This document shows, in pieces, positions 9,726 to 19,974 of a DNA stretch of 64,000 bases. The first letter of the stretch is position 1. Each line of letters begins with the position of its first letter. A program made the position numbers and the translations under genes. The DNA is from a bacterium (GTDB lineage: Bacteria > Hinthialibacterota > Hinthialibacteria > Hinthialibacterales > Hinthialibacteraceae): positions 256,001 through 320,000 of the forward strand of contig CAXXMV010000006.1 of the NCBI GenBank assembly GCA_963662285.2, written 5' to 3'. The notes beneath the pieces were generated by a model. That model saw only the letters and a list, made by a program, of their open reading frames with translations. It was not told where the DNA came from and searched no databases.

Positions 9726-11012
9726 TCAAACAATTCTGCTGACTAGAGAGAGGCATGATAACGCTGTCTTGCGAACTGATTCAGTCTTCTCATGTTCGTT
9801 AAATTCAGGATGGATATATGGATTGCGTAAATGCTGCAGCAGAATCAAAAGACTGGATAATTGAGTTACCTCTTCATCAGAAAGACCTTTGATACCTAAG
9901 GGATTTTTGATTTCAATGGCGCCTTTGCGGTTGGAGAAAGAATGATTTCTGCCCCAGGCGAAGACGATGACTCCCAGTGCTTTTAAGCCATCGGGTTTGT
10001 ACTTGCCGCAATGTTTTATAATACGTTCCATGACCTGCCGGGTGATATCCGAGTTAAGTTCCAGGTTGAATTGCTGCACCATACGGATCAAATATTGATT
10101 AAAAAACAAGTCAAGATTCCTGAGTGATGAGTCATACAGTTGATCGGCCAGTTGATTGATGTTGGCTTCACTCAAAAGCCGGTTGATTTTCTTGCCTATC
10201 CGCAGTTTAACTTCATTCTCAACGGCGAATGAATAAGAGAAACTGACGTTTCTGGCGACCGAGAGGGTGGCGGCTGAGCCGGATTGCTGCATGCTCTCGG
10301 CAACGGCGAGCATGGTTTTTGATTCTGCATCAAGTGCGCCGATATCAGGCAGTTCTTGTTTAACTCCGCTTAAAACGGATGTTTCATCCAGGTCGCTCAT
10401 CCAACTTTTTGAAGAGGCGGCGCTTTGATCGAGTTTATCAATTAACTCGTAGACTTTGCTTTTTAATCCAGCGTCCAGATAATCATCCCGCAGCATCATT
10501 TCAAGTTGGTTGCGGATCTTATCCTGTGAAGCATTTTCGGCGCCCAGCAGTTTTTCGACTGTATCGTTCAACTTATCGATCTGATCCAATATGGAATAAA
10601 TCCGGTTGAGCCGCTGGTATAGAGTATCTATCTCGGCGTCGATGCGCGACTTGCTCAGTACGAAGGTTGCCCCGTATTGCCGGGCTAAAGCGCCTTCATC
10701 AAATGTTCCTACTGCAGATATCATGATAACCGGCAAATGTGGATAACGTTTTTTTACATCAAGGATAAATTGCAACCCTTCATCGTGGGTGCGCATATCC
10801 AGGTCGGTGATAATCACTTGTGGATCATCGGTCTGGATTTTTTCCATGCCCTCTATAGAATCTTCCGCTTCGATCACGAAATACTCTTGCAGGGTGAGAT
10901 TTCTGGTCACTGCCGACCGGTATTGAGGGTTATCATCCACCAATAAGATTCGTCTGCCCACGAATAATTCTCCTGTGTATTTGTCGAAGTGTGTTTCTTG
11001 TTGCGCCCTCAT
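9726..11012 (-). CDS. Response regulator (receiver domain plus uncharacterised C-terminal domain)
   Basis: ILLVDD, IITDLDM, PVIMISA, VLSK receiver motifs; start uncertain (track gives 11072). Confidence 0.85.
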   Translation of the reverse strand: MRAQQETHFDKYTGELFVGRRILLVDDNPQYRSAVTRNLTLQEYFVIEAEDSIEGMEKIQTDDPQVIITDLDMRTHDEGLQFILDVKKRYPHLPVIMISAVGTFDEGALARQYGATFVLSKSRIDAEIDTLYQRLNRIYSILDQIDKLNDTVEKLLGAENASQDKIRNQLEMMLRDDYLDAGLKSKVYELIDKLDQSAASSKSWMSDLDETSVLSGVKQELPDIGALDAESKTMLAVAESMQQSGSAATLSVARNVSFSYSFAVENEVKLRIGKKINRLLSEANINQLADQLYDSSLRNLDLFFNQYLIRMVQQFNLELNSDITRQVMERIIKHCGKYKPDGLKALGVIVFAWGRNHSFSNRKGAIEIKNPLGIKGLSDEEVTQLSSLLILLQHLRNPYIHPEFNEHEKTESVRKTALSCLSLVSRIV

Positions 11013-11251
11013 CCTGGTTGGAGAGGGGACTTTTTTTATATCTATTGCTGCTGCGTTTTGCCGGGCGCCCACGAGGGCAATGTCATTAAGTTAAGGAATT
11101 TCATCCTATCAGTGGTGGCTTGATCAAGGGCTGAGCGCAATGCGCTCTTGCCCTTGCCACCCAGCGATATCAATAACTTAAGTGATCCTTATTTACCCCT
11201 CACTCTAGCCCTCTCCCGCGGGAGAGGGGATGAGGTAGTTTGATATAATAA

Positions 11252-12247
11252 TTATAGAGGAAGCGCAACCGGGGCTTTGGTCTCAAGCGATTTGTATGCT
11301 CCCAGAGCGGTTTCCATAGCTTTTAATCCATCATGGCCGGTGATGGGTGATGGTTCATGGTTGGCTATAACATTCAAAAAAGCGCGGAGCATGCCGGTGT
11401 TGAGATCATCAGCCCAGCTAGCCCATTCCGCCTGTACGGCGTCGTTGTTATAGACATTAATGCGTTGCTTGAATGCATCGACGTTGAGCGATCCTTTTTC
11501 GCCGATAATTTCCATGGTTACATCACCCCAGGTGGGGAAAGACTGATTGGGTCGCGACCATGAGGTATCCAATGTGGCGAAGGTTCCACCTTCAAATTCC
11601 AGCGACAAGAGACCGGAATCGTCGATATTGATATCTTCATAGAATAATTGACCTGATTCGGCGTAAACCGAAACCGGGTCTTTATCAAGCATCCAGCGCC
11701 AGGCGTCGACTACGTGAACCGTATGATCCATAACCGCTCCGCCGCCGGCCATATCTTTATTAATGAACCAGCCGCCGGGCATGGTGCCGCGATTGGTTCC
11801 TTTCATGGCCAGAATCTTACCCAATTTCCCCTCGCGGATTATATTGCGAACCCGAAACAGTGGAGCGCTGTAACGGCAGGGGAAGGCGATCATCAATTGA
11901 ACCTTATTATCTTCACAGGTTTTGATCATTGATAGGGCGTTGGCCACTGAAACTGAAATGGGCTTTTCGCACAGGATATGCTTTCCGGCCTGGGCGGCCA
12001 GTTCGGCGTATTGTTGATGTTTGACATTTTCGGTGCAGATCACGACGCCTTGAATATCCTGGTTCAATAATGCATCGCAGGATTCCATGAAAGGCGCCCC
12101 GAACTGTTGCGCCGCTTCTTTGCCGCGTTGTGGATCATCATCAAACACTCCGGCAACTTCGACTTTATCAGAGAACTGTTGTAAACATGCAGCATAGCTA
12201 TATGCATGTAGATGGGCGAATGAAATCATTCCTAATCGGATAACCAT
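11252..12247 (-). CDS. Gfo/Idh/MocA family oxidoreductase
   Basis: AGKHILCEKP and GGGAVMDHTVHVVD motifs. Confidence 0.93.
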   Translation of the reverse strand: MVIRLGMISFAHLHAYSYAACLQQFSDKVEVAGVFDDDPQRGKEAAQQFGAPFMESCDALLNQDIQGVVICTENVKHQQYAELAAQAGKHILCEKPISVSVANALSMIKTCEDNKVQLMIAFPCRYSAPLFRVRNIIREGKLGKILAMKGTNRGTMPGGWFINKDMAGGGAVMDHTVHVVDAWRWMLDKDPVSVYAESGQLFYEDINIDDSGLLSLEFEGGTFATLDTSWSRPNQSFPTWGDVTMEIIGEKGSLNVDAFKQRINVYNNDAVQAEWASWADDLNTGMLRAFLNVIANHEPSPITGHDGLKAMETALGAYKSLETKAPVALPL

Positions 12248-12287
12248 GGTCGTTTCCTTTCTTCACTTGAGTCATATCCCTACTGGA

Positions 12288-13271
12288 TTACTCGATTGTC
12301 ACGGGCTGGCGCGTTTTAACTGATTCAAGCGCGGCGTGAGCTATTTTGAGCGCTGTTAAAGCATCTTCGGGTGGAGCGGGATTCTCTCCTTCACCCCGGA
12401 CAGCGTTGAGAAATCCTTCCATGATTTTGTAATGCGCAGGTTTGATGACCGGGCTTTCAGTGAAGAAATGCCGCGTACCTTTTTCCGGGTCGATTAATGA
12501 AACATACATAGGAATGGATTCTTGATTATCATATTGAATCAATCCTTTATCTCCCGCTACCTCGACATCCAGATGGAACTGTCCATAATGGCACCATGAC
12601 GATTCAATATGTGCGATTGCTCCGCTCTTGAGTTTCAGCGAAGCCAAGGCGTAATCGATAGATTCGGTATTCATGCGTCCCTGAAGGCTGTTGCAGAAAA
12701 CCCTTTCGACCGGGCCAAAGCACCAGGAGAGAAAATCGAATTCATGGATCATGGCGTCAAGGATGACGCCGCCGCTGCTCTCCGGATTTGAATACCAACG
12801 GCGGGGATGCGGCGTTCGTCGTCCCAAGCGGATCATGCCCGGATTGCCGACCGCTCCGTCCGCCACTCTCTGTTTGATCATGGCGTATTCCTGATAGCCG
12901 CGCAGAGCATGCCCGATGGTCAGAACGGTATTTGATTGACTGGCCAGGGCTGTCAAATCTTCTGCTTCCTTGATTTGGCGAGTTATAGGTATTTCCAGAT
13001 AGACGTGCTTCCCCATTGACAACGCGCGGTGCGCCTGCTGGTAATGCAAGGGCGTTGGAGTGGCGATAACCACCACGTCTATTTCACTTGAGTCCGCTAT
13101 TTGATCAGCGTCCATCGCGACGGCGTCATTAGCCCACTGTGTTTTTGTGGTTTGGATCGCTTGTGCATCAATGTCGGCAATCGCCGTCAGCTTTACATCC
13201 GGGATATGAGCGATAGACTCGGCGTGCGCTTTGCCGAGATTTCCCGCGCCTATTAGACCGATTCGCAGCAT
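12288..13271 (-). CDS. Gfo/Idh/MocA family oxidoreductase
   Basis: IGLIGAGNLG, ATPTPLH, GKHVYLEIP, SGGVILDAMIHEFD. Confidence 0.92.
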   Translation of the reverse strand: MLRIGLIGAGNLGKAHAESIAHIPDVKLTAIADIDAQAIQTTKTQWANDAVAMDADQIADSSEIDVVVIATPTPLHYQQAHRALSMGKHVYLEIPITRQIKEAEDLTALASQSNTVLTIGHALRGYQEYAMIKQRVADGAVGNPGMIRLGRRTPHPRRWYSNPESSGGVILDAMIHEFDFLSWCFGPVERVFCNSLQGRMNTESIDYALASLKLKSGAIAHIESSWCHYGQFHLDVEVAGDKGLIQYDNQESIPMYVSLIDPEKGTRHFFTESPVIKPAHYKIMEGFLNAVRGEGENPAPPEDALTALKIAHAALESVKTRQPVTIE

Positions 13272-13363
13272 AATAATTCCCTCCTTGTCAAGTCTATCCT
13301 ATCAGTAAATTACGGATGTGTGGATGGATAGATGCGTTTGAAAATAATTTAATAATAATTACA

Positions 13364-15037
13364 TTACATGCGATTGGGCGCCGTGACATTAAGCAGCGCT
13401 AAACCGTTGCGCATTACCTGGCGGACGGCTAAAACCAGATGAAGACGCGTGATGCTGCTGGACTGGTCGTTTTCATCCAATACTCTCTGCACCTGATAAT
13501 AATTATGAAAGGTTTTGGCCAGATCTTCGAGGTAATGGGGTATCAGATTCGATTCCAGTTTCTCTGCTGCGTCCATAACCACTAATGGATAATAGAATAC
13601 TTTCAGCAGCAGCAGCCGTTCCCGTTCACCGCTAAGCAGCGTGGGATCGAAATCAAGTTCAGTTGAACATGTGATGCCGCGTTCTATGCCTTTTTCTTCC
13701 ATGCTGCAAGCGCGGGCATGGACATATTGAAGATAGTAGACCGGATTATCCATCGACTGTTTTTTGGCCAGGTCCCAATCGAAGATCATCTGGCTTCGAT
13801 AATTGCGCTGGGCGAAGAAGTAACGCGTAACGTCGGCGCCTAAATCTTCCACCATCTCCATCAGAGTCATGAACTGACCTTCGCGGGTGGAGAGTTTTAT
13901 CTTTTCTCCGCCGCGTTCAATGCTCACCATCTGGTTGAGCAGGTAATGCAGACTTGATAAATCGTAATCGAACATCGACAAAGCAATCCTGACCCGTTCG
14001 CACTGGCTGTGGTGATCATGCCCCATGACGTTGACCAGTAGATCAAACTGTCGTCCATATTTTTGGCAATGATAGGCGATATCCGGGGTGACGTAGGTTG
14101 GTTCGCCGTCGCTTTTTACCAGCACCCGGTCTTTTTCATCACCGTGTTCAGAGGTTTTGAGCCAGACCGCGTCATCTTTGAGGTAAGTGGCGCCTTTTTG
14201 GGCTAACTGATCCAGGGTTTTCTCGACGGCGCCGGATTCATGCAGAGAGCGTTCGCTGAAGGTGGTATCGAATTTGACCCGCAACTTGCGCAGGTCATCC
14301 ATAATGATGCTCATCAGGACATCGGCGGCGAACTCGGTGAAGGGCTGCCAGGATTCTTCTTGTAATAATGCATCGCCCTGAGCGGTTTTTAATCCAGAAG
14401 CGATATAGCGGATGTAGTCGCCCTTGTAGCCGTTTTCGGGGAATTCTGATTCAATGCCGTAGAGTTGTTTGTAGCGCGCCTGGACGGATCGTCCCAGCAT
14501 CTGCATCTGCACCCCGGCGTCATTATAATAATACTCGCGGGTAACGTCGTAACCGACGGCGGAAAGCAGTTCGGCGGCGGTATCTCCTACAATGGCGCCG
14601 CGTACGTGACCGACATGCAATGGACCGGTTGGATTGGCGCTGACGAATTCCACCAGGGCTTTTTTACCGCAATGTTTATCTGAACGTCCATATTGTTCTG
14701 TGCTGCTCAAGGCGCTTTTCATGGCATCCAGCAGCACTTGATTGGTTAAAGAAATATTGACAAAACCGGGGCCGGCTATGGATGCGCTGGCCACCAGGGG
14801 ACATTCTTCCAGTTTCTTGACAAAAATATCAGCCAGTTCGCGGGGAGGTTTTTTAACGATTTTGGCCAATATCATGGCGGCGTTGGTAGCCAGGTCGCCA
14901 TGCGATGAATCGCGGGTCGGCGTAAACGTTAAAAGTGACGCCTTTTCCTGAGCTTCCGGCGACAATTCCGAAGCGGCGTCCATTAAAATCTTATTCAACT
15001 TGTCAATAACATCAAAATACACTCGATTTTCCTCCAC
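13364..15037 (-). CDS. argS: Arginine--tRNA ligase
   Basis: VEFVSANPTGPLHVGH (HIGH), HGDLATN, KLSTREG, NPVYYLQYVHAR, C-terminal APNRM. Confidence 0.97.
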   Translation of the reverse strand: MEENRVYFDVIDKLNKILMDAASELSPEAQEKASLLTFTPTRDSSHGDLATNAAMILAKIVKKPPRELADIFVKKLEECPLVASASIAGPGFVNISLTNQVLLDAMKSALSSTEQYGRSDKHCGKKALVEFVSANPTGPLHVGHVRGAIVGDTAAELLSAVGYDVTREYYYNDAGVQMQMLGRSVQARYKQLYGIESEFPENGYKGDYIRYIASGLKTAQGDALLQEESWQPFTEFAADVLMSIIMDDLRKLRVKFDTTFSERSLHESGAVEKTLDQLAQKGATYLKDDAVWLKTSEHGDEKDRVLVKSDGEPTYVTPDIAYHCQKYGRQFDLLVNVMGHDHHSQCERVRIALSMFDYDLSSLHYLLNQMVSIERGGEKIKLSTREGQFMTLMEMVEDLGADVTRYFFAQRNYRSQMIFDWDLAKKQSMDNPVYYLQYVHARACSMEEKGIERGITCSTELDFDPTLLSGERERLLLLKVFYYPLVVMDAAEKLESNLIPHYLEDLAKTFHNYYQVQRVLDENDQSSSITRLHLVLAVRQVMRNGLALLNVTAPNRM

Positions 15038-15277
15038 GTTGGTGGTTTTCTGTAAATATTGTTTTTAGCAATCATTAATATTATCAGTGGGATTCAATAC
15101 GGCGAAGGGATATGCCGGAACATGTAGATTGGAACCGGGATTAAATTTGCCTTCAAGGTGGATTGTTGCTAAAAATTATTAAATAAATGAGGTAAACTCA
15201 ATCAAGGGCTGACCGCAATGCGGTCTTGCCCTTGGCACCCGATACTGTCAAATTCTCAACTTATAAAATATTATAAA

Positions 15278-15311
15278 ACAATGTCTCCATCAGTAACGAT
15301 GGAGACATTGT
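15278..15311 (-). terminator. Intrinsic terminator of the prepilin-like gene
   Basis: 14-bp stem ACAATGTCTCCATC/GATGGAGACATTGT followed by a T-rich tract on the minus strand. Confidence 0.7.
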
Positions 15312-15337
15312 ATGTTTGGATCTCTTTTTGGGGGAAA

Positions 15338-15964
15338 CTACTCAACCATAGCGCCAGGTCCGAAAACAGCCAGGTCGCCCTTGCTGATTAAGCCATTGCT
15401 GGAATCATAACGTAGAGTAAAGTCATCTCCATTATCGCCGCCAGTTGTACCAACAGTACCTACATTCGGGCCGAATGATTTGATCAGCCATACAGTGTTG
15501 CAACCATTGGCTGCCAAAGCTTCAGCCTGACTGCGTTGTGCGAATGGAGCAAAATAGGCGTAGTGATCGGCGCATTGAGCTGTTCGAAGACTGGCGCTGC
15601 CGCCCCAATTATCAGGAGCTCCATATACATAACGATACCAGGTAAACTGCGCGCCTGCTTCACTATTAGCGTTTGCTATCATATATTGAGAAGGAAATAC
15701 ATCTTTGGGAACAGATGAAATGTAACTCAATGGACTGGTCAGTGGATGAAGTTTGAATGGATAGGTGTAGCGGTTATTGTCCAGGTAATACATTTCTTCC
15801 GCTGTGCCAAGCGCCTTCAAGTCAGATTTGCATCTAGCAACCTTTGCCCTGGTTTGGGCATTGAGGAAGTTAGGAACTGCGATAGCAGCCAGGATGCCAA
15901 TAATGGCTACAACGATTAATAATTCAATCAGGGTAAAACCTTTACGATTTTTTAGAAAAGTCAT
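15338..15964 (-). CDS. Prepilin-type N-terminal cleavage/methylation protein (pseudopilin-like)
   Basis: KGFTLIELLIVVAIIGILAAIAVPNF type III signal; GGAGG RBS. Confidence 0.92.
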   Translation of the reverse strand: MTFLKNRKGFTLIELLIVVAIIGILAAIAVPNFLNAQTRAKVARCKSDLKALGTAEEMYYLDNNRYTYPFKLHPLTSPLSYISSVPKDVFPSQYMIANANSEAGAQFTWYRYVYGAPDNWGGSASLRTAQCADHYAYFAPFAQRSQAEALAANGCNTVWLIKSFGPNVGTVGTTGGDNGDDFTLRYDSSNGLISKGDLAVFGPGAMVE

Positions 15965-16249
15965 TTAATACCTCCCGAAATATTTACATCCTATATTTAA
16001 GATTCATATATGTGTATGGTGTATGCGTGTTGTGAAAATGATTCTATTTTAATCCGCTAATACGATGTATTTATGAATACATATTGTAGTATATCTCAAA
16101 TTTTCCAAAATCCACCCTCTATATATCGCGTCAAATCACCCAAATGCCTGTTTGCGCCCTATCACTCAAATATGACTGATGCAACAATATGTTTTTTCCT
16201 CAATAAATACTTGAAATGTTTGAGTTTCTATAAATCATGGGAGAAATGG

Positions 16250-16918
16250 ATGAGCCGTAAAAAATTATGTCTGATTTTCACTGGCGACTTTCTTCTGGCT
16301 ATTGTGGTGGGAGTAATTCTTTTTCTTCCCGCAGCCTTTTTTGTACGCGAAACGGAATTTGAGTTGTTTACGGCGGCTTTAGCTACTCAGGCTGGTTTTG
16401 TTGCGGTATGTTTGTATAGGTTGTATCGCTTTAGGCGTATTGGCTTCTTGTTGCCCTCTTTTTTTGCGGGATCAACCAGAGAAGCGGTTCGCTGGGGAGT
16501 GATAACCGGGTTGGTTTTGTTCGTGCTGAACATTACTCATGGCATGATTCTGCAAAGCCTATCGGGGATTGATCTGGCGGAATATAATCCCTGGGTTCGG
16601 ATGGAAGAATTCTCTTTTTTCAGCTGTTTGCTGACTTTCACAGCGGGGGGATTACTCGCTCCAGTGGTGGAAGAGTTCTTCCTACGCGGTATTATGTTCG
16701 GCGCCTTTATTGCGGCGGGATGCACTAGAACCGGAGTTATATTTACTACTATATTATTTGTCGGGCTTCACTTGGATCCGCTCAATAGTTTCGCCTACGC
16801 CATGCTTGGTCTGGGCTTTCTCTGGGTGTATTACCGGACGCGCAACCTGCTGGCGCCGATTATTGCGCATGGCATTAATAATGTAGTCGGCTTTATCTTT
16901 ATTCTAATACCGTTTTGA
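16250..16918 (+). CDS. CPBP (CAAX-like) intramembrane metalloprotease
   Basis: APVVEEFFLRG, FVGLH, AHGINN motifs; multiple TM helices; start refined from 16073. Confidence 0.9.
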   Translation: MSRKKLCLIFTGDFLLAIVVGVILFLPAAFFVRETEFELFTAALATQAGFVAVCLYRLYRFRRIGFLLPSFFAGSTREAVRWGVITGLVLFVLNITHGMILQSLSGIDLAEYNPWVRMEEFSFFSCLLTFTAGGLLAPVVEEFFLRGIMFGAFIAAGCTRTGVIFTTILFVGLHLDPLNSFAYAMLGLGFLWVYYRTRNLLAPIIAHGINNVVGFIFILIPF

Positions 16919-16927
16919 TGTTAGGAA

Positions 16928-17482
16928 TTATCTCTCTTTTCCATCTATGATGAAATGAGGATTTCCATGATGGTCTAAATTTAGATTGATTTTCTCATTG
17001 TTGTTGTTATCTATAAACAACATTTCTATGGATTCATTATCTCCTAGGTTATCCATCCGAATTATAAATCGATCATTAAATTGCTTCCCATTAAACGCAA
17101 TATAAGAACTGTATTGCATACCATGAAAAGCCATGCGGCTTTCATAACCTCCAAGAACAAGTGATCCTTCTCCACTAACAGTTGTCGTTAATCGAAGACA
17201 GTTTCTTTCATTCTTATCAGCCAGGGTTAAGACAGCATTGTCTTTCTGGTTCACTCCCAGAAAAGCCCGTTTGGCGCCCCAGGCGTCATGAATTTCAATT
17301 TGTTTGGCGATGATTTTTTTAGGATAGAACTGATCCCAGGCCATATAAGCGACCATTAGCAGGAACAACAGAATAAAAGAATAACGCGTGTAGCGAAGTT
17401 TTCTACGATTGTTTTGTTCCATAATCACTAAGTTATCTATTCGATCCAGTAATTGGTTATATTTCTTTTCATCGAGTTCCAT
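16928..17482 (-). CDS. Hypothetical single-TM membrane protein
   Basis: GAGG RBS, one hydrophobic helix, beta-rich C-terminus. Confidence 0.7.
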   Translation of the reverse strand: MELDEKKYNQLLDRIDNLVIMEQNNRRKLRYTRYSFILLFLLMVAYMAWDQFYPKKIIAKQIEIHDAWGAKRAFLGVNQKDNAVLTLADKNERNCLRLTTTVSGEGSLVLGGYESRMAFHGMQYSSYIAFNGKQFNDRFIIRMDNLGDNESIEMLFIDNNNNEKINLNLDHHGNPHFIIDGKER

Positions 17483-17748
17483 TGGCGATATCCTCTTAAA
17501 CTGATTTGAATTTTAGCCATATTTTATTATGTTACAGCGGTTTACGAAAGAATATTCGTATTGAAAACGCTGGATTGGTTAAAGTCATATCTTTTAGGAA
17601 CTTTGAACAATCGCATGAACGCATGTAATATTTAGAATCGATCTAGTGATCATAGAGAATCATTAAAATTTGCTGAAATTTTGGGTGTATAAATATATTT
17701 CTAAGTGAATTGCATCTTTCGCCATTTGTACAGGCAGGAGTATTCAAT

Positions 17749-18339
17749 ATGGATTTCGTCCAATGGATCGATCCAGACATATTGCCATGGGTATTACCGG
17801 TTATTATCTTTTTTGCGAGGATATTGGATGTCAGTATCGGAACGATACGTATTGTTTTCATAACGCGGGGAATGAAAATCCTAGCTCCTATCCTGGGTTT
17901 TATGGAAGTGTTGATATGGTTGATCATTGTCAGTCAAGTGATCCGAAATGTTAATAATTTCGCCAATTTAATCGCCTATGCTTCCGGTTATGCAATTGGC
18001 AACTATGTGGGGATGTATCTGGAAAACAAATTGGCATTCGGATTATTAATCGTACGAATCATAACAAGAAAGGATTCGTCTGAACTCATTAAATTTTTGA
18101 AGGAACATCAATTCGGTATTACCAATGTACCGGCTTTCGGAAATGAGGGACAAGTAATAAACGTGATATTTACGATAATTAAGAGGCGGGATTTGTCCTT
18201 TGTTATTGAACATATTCAGCGGTTTAATCCACGCGCTTTTTACTCTATCGAGGATGTCCGGGCAGTTAGCGAGGGGAACTTTCCGATTAACAAAACGTCG
18301 GATTATCTGAATATTTTCCGATCCATGAAGAAAGGATAG
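17749..18339 (+). CDS. DUF2179/UPF0316 family membrane protein
   Basis: ARILDVSIGTIR, GF.EVLIWL, YASGYAIGNYVG, P.AFYSIEDVR; AGGAG RBS before 17749. Confidence 0.88.
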   Translation: MDFVQWIDPDILPWVLPVIIFFARILDVSIGTIRIVFITRGMKILAPILGFMEVLIWLIIVSQVIRNVNNFANLIAYASGYAIGNYVGMYLENKLAFGLLIVRIITRKDSSELIKFLKEHQFGITNVPAFGNEGQVINVIFTIIKRRDLSFVIEHIQRFNPRAFYSIEDVRAVSEGNFPINKTSDYLNIFRSMKKG

Positions 18340-18535
18340 TAGGTTGTATTGCTTTTCATCAAGTTTCATCGCCAATATCCCCCTTAAATAGATTTACTTT
18401 CACGCCCTAATAAAATAACGCGTGTTTATGTGGTTTTGTTACACAAGAAATAGATTTTTAGTATTTCATGGTAATACCCAAAATAACATGATAAGATAAG
18501 TAAACTTGCAGAGATGCCGCGAAAGGAGAATTAAC

Positions 18536-19534
18536 ATGACCAAACCAATAAACCGCAGGAATTTCTTACGCAAATCCGTCGTTGCATCTACCGCTCTTGG
18601 ATTAAGCCTTGAAGAAAAAGTGCTGCTGGCGGATGAGAATCGTCAGATTGCCGCCAATACTGAACAATCTGACGCTAAGGATTTCCCGATGGGGAAGATC
18701 GGAAATCTGAAAATATCGCGTATGATCGTCGGCGGAAATTTAACCAGCGGGAATGCGCATAGCCGCGACCTGATGTATGTATCGCCATTGCTGAAAAATT
18801 ATTTTACCGATGATAAGGTCTTTGAAACCTGGGAGATCAGCGAGGAATGCGGCTTGAACACCGCAATCCTGCGACTCGATGATAAAGTTATCCGGTTGAT
18901 AAACCGTTACTGGGACGAGCGGGGCGGTAAACTGCAATGGATTGTTCAGATCAAACCCAAAACAATGAGCCTGGAATACTTTAAAACCGATATACAGCGC
19001 GCCATTGATAACGGCGCGGTGGGCGCCTATCTACAGGGTAATGTGATGGATGCTTTGGTGCAAAAGGGCGAGATTGATTTGATCGGGGAGGCTTTGCAGT
19101 GCATCAAGGATCATAAAGTGATCGCCGGGATTGGAGGCCATTCCATTGAAGTCCCTATGGCCTGTGAAAAAGCCGGTTTTGATCCTGATTTTTATATGAA
19201 GACGCTGCATAGCCCCAAGTATTGGACCTTTAATCCCGCTAACGATAAGTGGGGTAAATTTCATGTAATCAATGGTGAAGCGCATGACAACGTCTGGTGC
19301 ACCCGGCAAGAAGAGACCATCGAATTTATGAAGACCGTCAAAAAACCCTGGGTGGCTTTCAAAGTTATGGCCGCTGGCTCAATCCATCCCAAAGATGCTT
19401 TCAAGTACGCCATAGAAAACGGCGCCGACTTCATCTGCGCGGGGATGTTCGACTTCCAGGTTCGTGAAGATGCCATCATCGCAAGGGAAATACTAAAAAG
19501 CACTGGAAAACGGGAACGGTCATGGCTGGGGTGA
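18536..19534 (+). CDS. Tat-exported aldo/keto-reductase-like (TIM barrel) protein
   Basis: Twin-arginine NRRNFLRK; GKIGNLKISRMIVGGN; KPWVAFKVMAAG; AAAGGAG RBS. Confidence 0.7.
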   Translation: MTKPINRRNFLRKSVVASTALGLSLEEKVLLADENRQIAANTEQSDAKDFPMGKIGNLKISRMIVGGNLTSGNAHSRDLMYVSPLLKNYFTDDKVFETWEISEECGLNTAILRLDDKVIRLINRYWDERGGKLQWIVQIKPKTMSLEYFKTDIQRAIDNGAVGAYLQGNVMDALVQKGEIDLIGEALQCIKDHKVIAGIGGHSIEVPMACEKAGFDPDFYMKTLHSPKYWTFNPANDKWGKFHVINGEAHDNVWCTRQEETIEFMKTVKKPWVAFKVMAAGSIHPKDAFKYAIENGADFICAGMFDFQVREDAIIAREILKSTGKRERSWLG

Positions 19535-19618
19535 AATAGTAGGTTGAAATTTTTTGACATCTTGATGAAATCTCATTACAATCAACTAAATCTTAACATT
19601 TATCGCAATGGAAGAAAA

Positions 19619-19894
19619 ATGATGAATAGTATTGGATTGCAAGAGGCTAAATCAAGGTTATCTGAACTTGTTGTCAAAGCAAGCAAGGGAGAGCGTTTTA
19701 CGATTACCAAACGCGGTGTTCCCCTCGCTCAGATTGTTCCTATGCAGACAATTAATTCTCAAGAAGAAAGGGCGAAAGCCGTCCAAGAGATTCGTAGACT
19801 TCGTAAAGATGTAACATTAGGCGATATTACGATTAAAGAATTAATTGAAGAAGGCCGAAAGGTTGAACTTGGTGGGCTACGCTGTTGCTTTTAG
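19619..19894 (+). CDS. Phd/YefM-type antitoxin (orphan; C-terminus runs into a REP)
   Basis: IGLQEAKSRLSELV..ASKGERFTITKRGVPLAQIVP signature. Confidence 0.85.
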   Translation: MMNSIGLQEAKSRLSELVVKASKGERFTITKRGVPLAQIVPMQTINSQEERAKAVQEIRRLRKDVTLGDITIKELIEEGRKVELGGLRCCF

Positions 19895-19904
19895 CCCACC
19901 CTAC
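19871..19904 (-). repeat. GTAG-type REP
   Basis: GGTGGGCTACGCTGTTGCTTTTAGCCCACCCTAC, one mismatch to 2361-2394. Confidence 0.85.
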
Positions 19905-19974
19905 CTGCTGAAAAATCGGCCTTCCAGAGTTGGAAGGCCGATGGTGATCAAACTGAGTTATCAATAGACGATGT

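Noticed and set aside
16073-16249. N-terminal extension of the CPBP ORF
   Set aside because: AT-rich intergenic sequence; a GGAG RBS supports the start at 16250
18046-18375. 109-aa minus-strand ORF
   Set aside because: Only the first dozen codons are a paralog remnant; the rest is antisense to the DUF2179 gene
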